DNA of 39,010 bases. It comes from Candidatus Hodarchaeota archaeon. GTDB taxonomy: Archaea; Asgardarchaeota; Heimdallarchaeia; Hodarchaeales; Hodarchaeaceae. Position 1 is the first letter of the stretch; the number at the start of each line of letters is the position of its first letter. Below, in pieces: positions 36,029-39,010 of this stretch. The DNA lies in the NCBI GenBank assembly GCA_016840035.1, contig JAEOTC010000092.1, positions 1-39,010 of the forward strand, in the 5' to 3' direction. The notes below the pieces were generated by a model. It was not told where the DNA came from. It made no database searches and saw only the letters and a list, made by a program, of their open reading frames with translations. The position numbers and the translations under genes are program-made.

Positions 36029-36769
36029 TTATTTTTTCAGAAAAAGGGCAGTATATTGTTTCGCTTTCGGATCAGTGACTTCTTCACTAAACTTATGCAT
36101 AACACGAGTGAGAATTTCCTTTATATCATTGAACGTAACGCCTTTCTCGTTACATAATGTCTCCACTTTCTTGTGAAGAACGGGATTTGTCCTCAAAATT
36201 TGAGAAAGCAAGTAAAATGTAATTTTCTCGTCATTCGTTCTTTTTTGGAGAAATTTGAGTATATTTTTTTCTGACCGTTGATAACGATTGGAGTTAATCA
36301 ATTGAAATAAAATAGGGTAATACTCCTCAGATTTCATTACTTGCCAATCTCGAATTTCCTGAATTCCACGTAAGGTTTCTATGTAGTGTTTTTCCATTAA
36401 CAAGTCTGTAAATCCGATTTTTTGCCATGATTCAAGTTTTTTTACTAAGGTTTGATATTCTGTATCCGTTTCAATGTTGGCTTCAATAGATCGGATCCTA
36501 TACTCCATTAAACCTAGTATAAAACCCGGGGAATACGATTTAAGGCTTGATTCAAGATCAGGCGCAGAACATACTTCTTCTTGAATTTTTTTTAACACCA
36601 GTCGATTTTTATTCAATATAGGCTCATTTGACTCGCTTTCCAATGAATCTAATGCCCAATAAATAAACAAAGCCTTTTCAGAATTTTTTGATTCTCTAAT
36701 TATGGAATCTAAATCTTCTTGTTCTTTTAATAGCTTCTGGATCTCAGAAAAAACAATAGGTTGAGTCAA
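36029..36769 (-). CDS. Hypothetical alpha-helical protein
   Basis: 246-aa ORF, TTG start with GAGGG upstream; no motif recognised. Confidence 0.6.
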   Translation of the reverse strand: MTQPIVFSEIQKLLKEQEDLDSIIRESKNSEKALFIYWALDSLESESNEPILNKNRLVLKKIQEEVCSAPDLESSLKSYSPGFILGLMEYRIRSIEANIETDTEYQTLVKKLESWQKIGFTDLLMEKHYIETLRGIQEIRDWQVMKSEEYYPILFQLINSNRYQRSEKNILKFLQKRTNDEKITFYLLSQILRTNPVLHKKVETLCNEKGVTFNDIKEILTRVMHKFSEEVTDPKAKQYTALFLKK

Positions 36770-36845
36770 TGTTATACCCTCAGAAATTCCTTAAATCAGC
36801 TGATTTGTAGATAACTCAAAAATGTTGACATTCAGAATTTAATTT

Positions 36846-36876
36846 AAAAAAAAAAGAGAAGTAGAAAAAAAGAGAG
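36846..36876 (-). terminator. Oligo-T terminator of the HEAT/beta-sandwich gene
   Basis: T7 and T10 runs on the minus strand starting about 20 nt after the stop. Confidence 0.6.
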
Positions 36877-36889
36877 GATGCTTTTGGGT

Positions 36890-39010
36890 TTAACCCACTA
36901 GCATACGGTAAACTTCAGCAGGATCGTGTTCTCCAGGAGCTCTGATTTTAAATCGAATCTCAACCTTCTGTTCTGGTTGAACTTCTTCAAAAATCCATTT
37001 CATGGCTTGACCATTATTTACTGAAGAATGTTCCTCAAATCCGACTTCAGGATCCTCATGAGTTTCACCTACTAATTCAAATCCTTGAGGTAAGAAATCA
37101 GTGATTTCTACATTCTGAATAACGGCTGTTCCATCATTAATTCCTCGAAGAACCACTTCGTATTCGTTGGTTTCCTCGGAGGAAGTTGAAGATACCATTT
37201 TACCGATTTTGAGCTTACGACGCTCGTGAACAACGGTAATTGGACCTGCTTCTGCTTCTGCAGAGATCGGTTTAACTTCTGGATACATGTTACCTAGGAC
37301 TGTGACAGTCCCAGTAAATTCTTCTTCAGGTTTTGCAGTCGCATAAAGGGGATATTTTACAAGGATTTCTTGATCCTGTTCGAGTGGCCCGAATACTGTC
37401 TCTTCTAGATGTTCCATAGTAATTACTACATTACTTCCTGAAACATCAAAAGTGAATTCGTCAAGTAGTTCGCTCTCTTTAAGGATTTCAACCTGTTCGC
37501 GTTCTGGGCCTTCAAATCCTTCTGGAATTGCTTCTGACAATTGAAGATACATAATTTCCGTACTACCAATGGACTTTACTACCTGTTCGGAAATTATCTC
37601 TGTTCTCCTAAACGAGGGAATTACGAGAGGTTCGTAGGCCTTCGTAACTTCGATTCCCATGAATGGTAATGCATAACCAGGTAGAACACATTCTGCAATT
37701 ACTTCAGCATCGAATAGGTACTTTACACTTAGATCAAGTTCTCTACCAAACTGTGGAATTGCAGTGTCATCTTCAACCGTAATTGTCCATGGATCAAGGG
37801 AAAATGTTTCACTAGGGTCAATAGATCGTTCTTCTTCTGGGAAGTCTTTACCTAACCATTCAACACGAACATTTCCTTCATCAAGAGGACCTTCAAAGAT
37901 TCTAACTTCTTTTAAGTCCATTTCAAACTCGCTAGTATTCTCAAGCTCAAACAAACAGTCGAAATCCCCTGGATTTTCTTCTTGTTCTTCACGAGAGATG
38001 AATTGAAAGACTGATGAACTACCTGTGATTGTGTCCAGACCTAATCCTGACAAACTCTTTTCTTTTACCTTGTAAGTGGCTTTCGTGTCACCAATAATGT
38101 AGGGATCATTACCCTCTTCTGGTAGAGTAACTTTCATAACACAACTAGCTTCGATTGTGTCACCTGCTTCAATTTCTTCAATTTCCCAAAGAATATGACT
38201 TCCATCATCGTCTGAACTTTGTCTTAAAGTTCCAACACTAGCATAAAATTCCCCAACACTAGTAGAATCATCCCAGATGTATTTTTTTACAACGACATCA
38301 TTTAAGGCATCATCAAAATCGTTGGAAAGCTTTAAGGTAAACTTCATTCCAGATTCTTCACCTCGTGCAAAGAGAGGAGGTGAATCTTCTTTTTCTAAGT
38401 CCCAAAAATCTTCCTTAACGGTAAATTTGGGTGCTTCTACTTGAAACTCAAATGGTACATATTTTGATGATTTAGGGTCTAACTCTTTCAAAGCAAACGA
38501 GTTTCCAAAAACTGCAGTTCCCTGTTCTTCATCTGCTTCAAACGAAACTTCATCAACACCTTCTAATACGGTATCGATGGCCCATATCCTATCTTTACTA
38601 CCTGTGTTGACTACTTCTAGCTTCCCAGTACCAACAAGACCATCAATTTGTTCACCCTCTTCATCTACTAGATTATTATCTCTATCAATTCGATATTGGA
38701 GGGATTCTTGAATCCTTACATATAATCCAGCTTGCCCCTTCTCTGATTCATCTAATGCACGATAATCTTCAGCAGCCCGTTGTTCGTCTTCCTCGGAAAA
38801 TTCACTTTCACCTACGGGTCTTCCAGACTGTTGAATTTTATTGGCTCCGTCTTTCGCCTTGTTTCGTGTTCCTCGATCTCTATCATCCCGCTGAATCCTC
38901 TGTAGTACAGAGACTGCCTCTGGGTCGTTTAAAACTACAATTGAATCAATTGCGGCTTTTCTGACGTCTTTTTCTGGATCTTTTAGAGCAAAATCGAAGA
39001 GAATGTGCAA
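36890..39010 (-). CDS. Acidic multidomain protein: HEAT repeats + mu-homology-like region + DUF11/Ig-like beta-sandwich repeats (5'-truncated)
   Basis: Frame runs to the window edge; HEAT units ALKDPEKDVRKAAIDSIVVLNDPEAVSVL, DRDRGTRNKAKDGA; beta-rich remainder with IEVTKAY..LSEAIPEGF and LKIGKMV..VEITDFLPQGF..MKWIFEEVQP. Confidence 0.72.
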   Translation of the reverse strand: MHILFDFALKDPEKDVRKAAIDSIVVLNDPEAVSVLQRIQRDDRDRGTRNKAKDGANKIQQSGRPVGESEFSEEDEQRAAEDYRALDESEKGQAGLYVRIQESLQYRIDRDNNLVDEEGEQIDGLVGTGKLEVVNTGSKDRIWAIDTVLEGVDEVSFEADEEQGTAVFGNSFALKELDPKSSKYVPFEFQVEAPKFTVKEDFWDLEKEDSPPLFARGEESGMKFTLKLSNDFDDALNDVVVKKYIWDDSTSVGEFYASVGTLRQSSDDDGSHILWEIEEIEAGDTIEASCVMKVTLPEEGNDPYIIGDTKATYKVKEKSLSGLGLDTITGSSSVFQFISREEQEENPGDFDCLFELENTSEFEMDLKEVRIFEGPLDEGNVRVEWLGKDFPEEERSIDPSETFSLDPWTITVEDDTAIPQFGRELDLSVKYLFDAEVIAECVLPGYALPFMGIEVTKAYEPLVIPSFRRTEIISEQVVKSIGSTEIMYLQLSEAIPEGFEGPEREQVEILKESELLDEFTFDVSGSNVVITMEHLEETVFGPLEQDQEILVKYPLYATAKPEEEFTGTVTVLGNMYPEVKPISAEAEAGPITVVHERRKLKIGKMVSSTSSEETNEYEVVLRGINDGTAVIQNVEITDFLPQGFELVGETHEDPEVGFEEHSSVNNGQAMKWIFEEVQPEQKVEIRFKIRAPGEHDPAEVYRMLVG

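Noticed and set aside
967-38964. Other short ORFs nested in or antisense to long genes (e.g. 1280-1558, 8779-9090, 12495-12850, 17732-18431, 35138-35500, 37764-38006)
   Set aside because: Shadow frames of well-supported CDSs, with no motifs or independent expression signals.

Overview
AT-rich, densely coding archaeal chromosomal segment, open at both ends. Two unprenylated Rab-like GTPases, four longin-like domains, a roadblock domain, a DENN-like protein, membrane-anchored LRR proteins, a giant TPR/SNAP-like solenoid and archaeal TATA/oligo-T signals point to an Asgard archaeon, possibly Heimdallarchaeia (inferred from gene content only). Recognisable metabolic genes: tungsten aldehyde:ferredoxin oxidoreductase preceded by three MoaD/ThiS-fold genes, GH57 glucanotransferase, stand-alone NnrE, EamA transporter, M3-like peptidase, DNPH1-like hydrolase, NMP-kinase-fold protein and DUF1405. 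I found no rRNA, tRNA, CRISPR array or mobile element. Best candidates for undescribed biology: (1) a five-gene membrane operon (9241-16362) centred on a protein built from 93-aa 'TM hairpin + amphipathic helix' repeats, with a zinc-ribbon paralog and two membrane-anchored LRR proteins; (2) a Rab-like GTPase / longin-roadblock fusion / GH57 operon; (3) a 7TM-longin fusion; (4) a folliculin-like DENN protein; (5) a HEAT + mu-homology-like + Ig-repeat protein; (6) two ubiquitin-fold proteins with an internal GG and C-terminal extensions next to AOR; (7) a 38-aa membrane micropeptide missed by the ORF track. All family calls are by-eye motif recognition; no searches were run.
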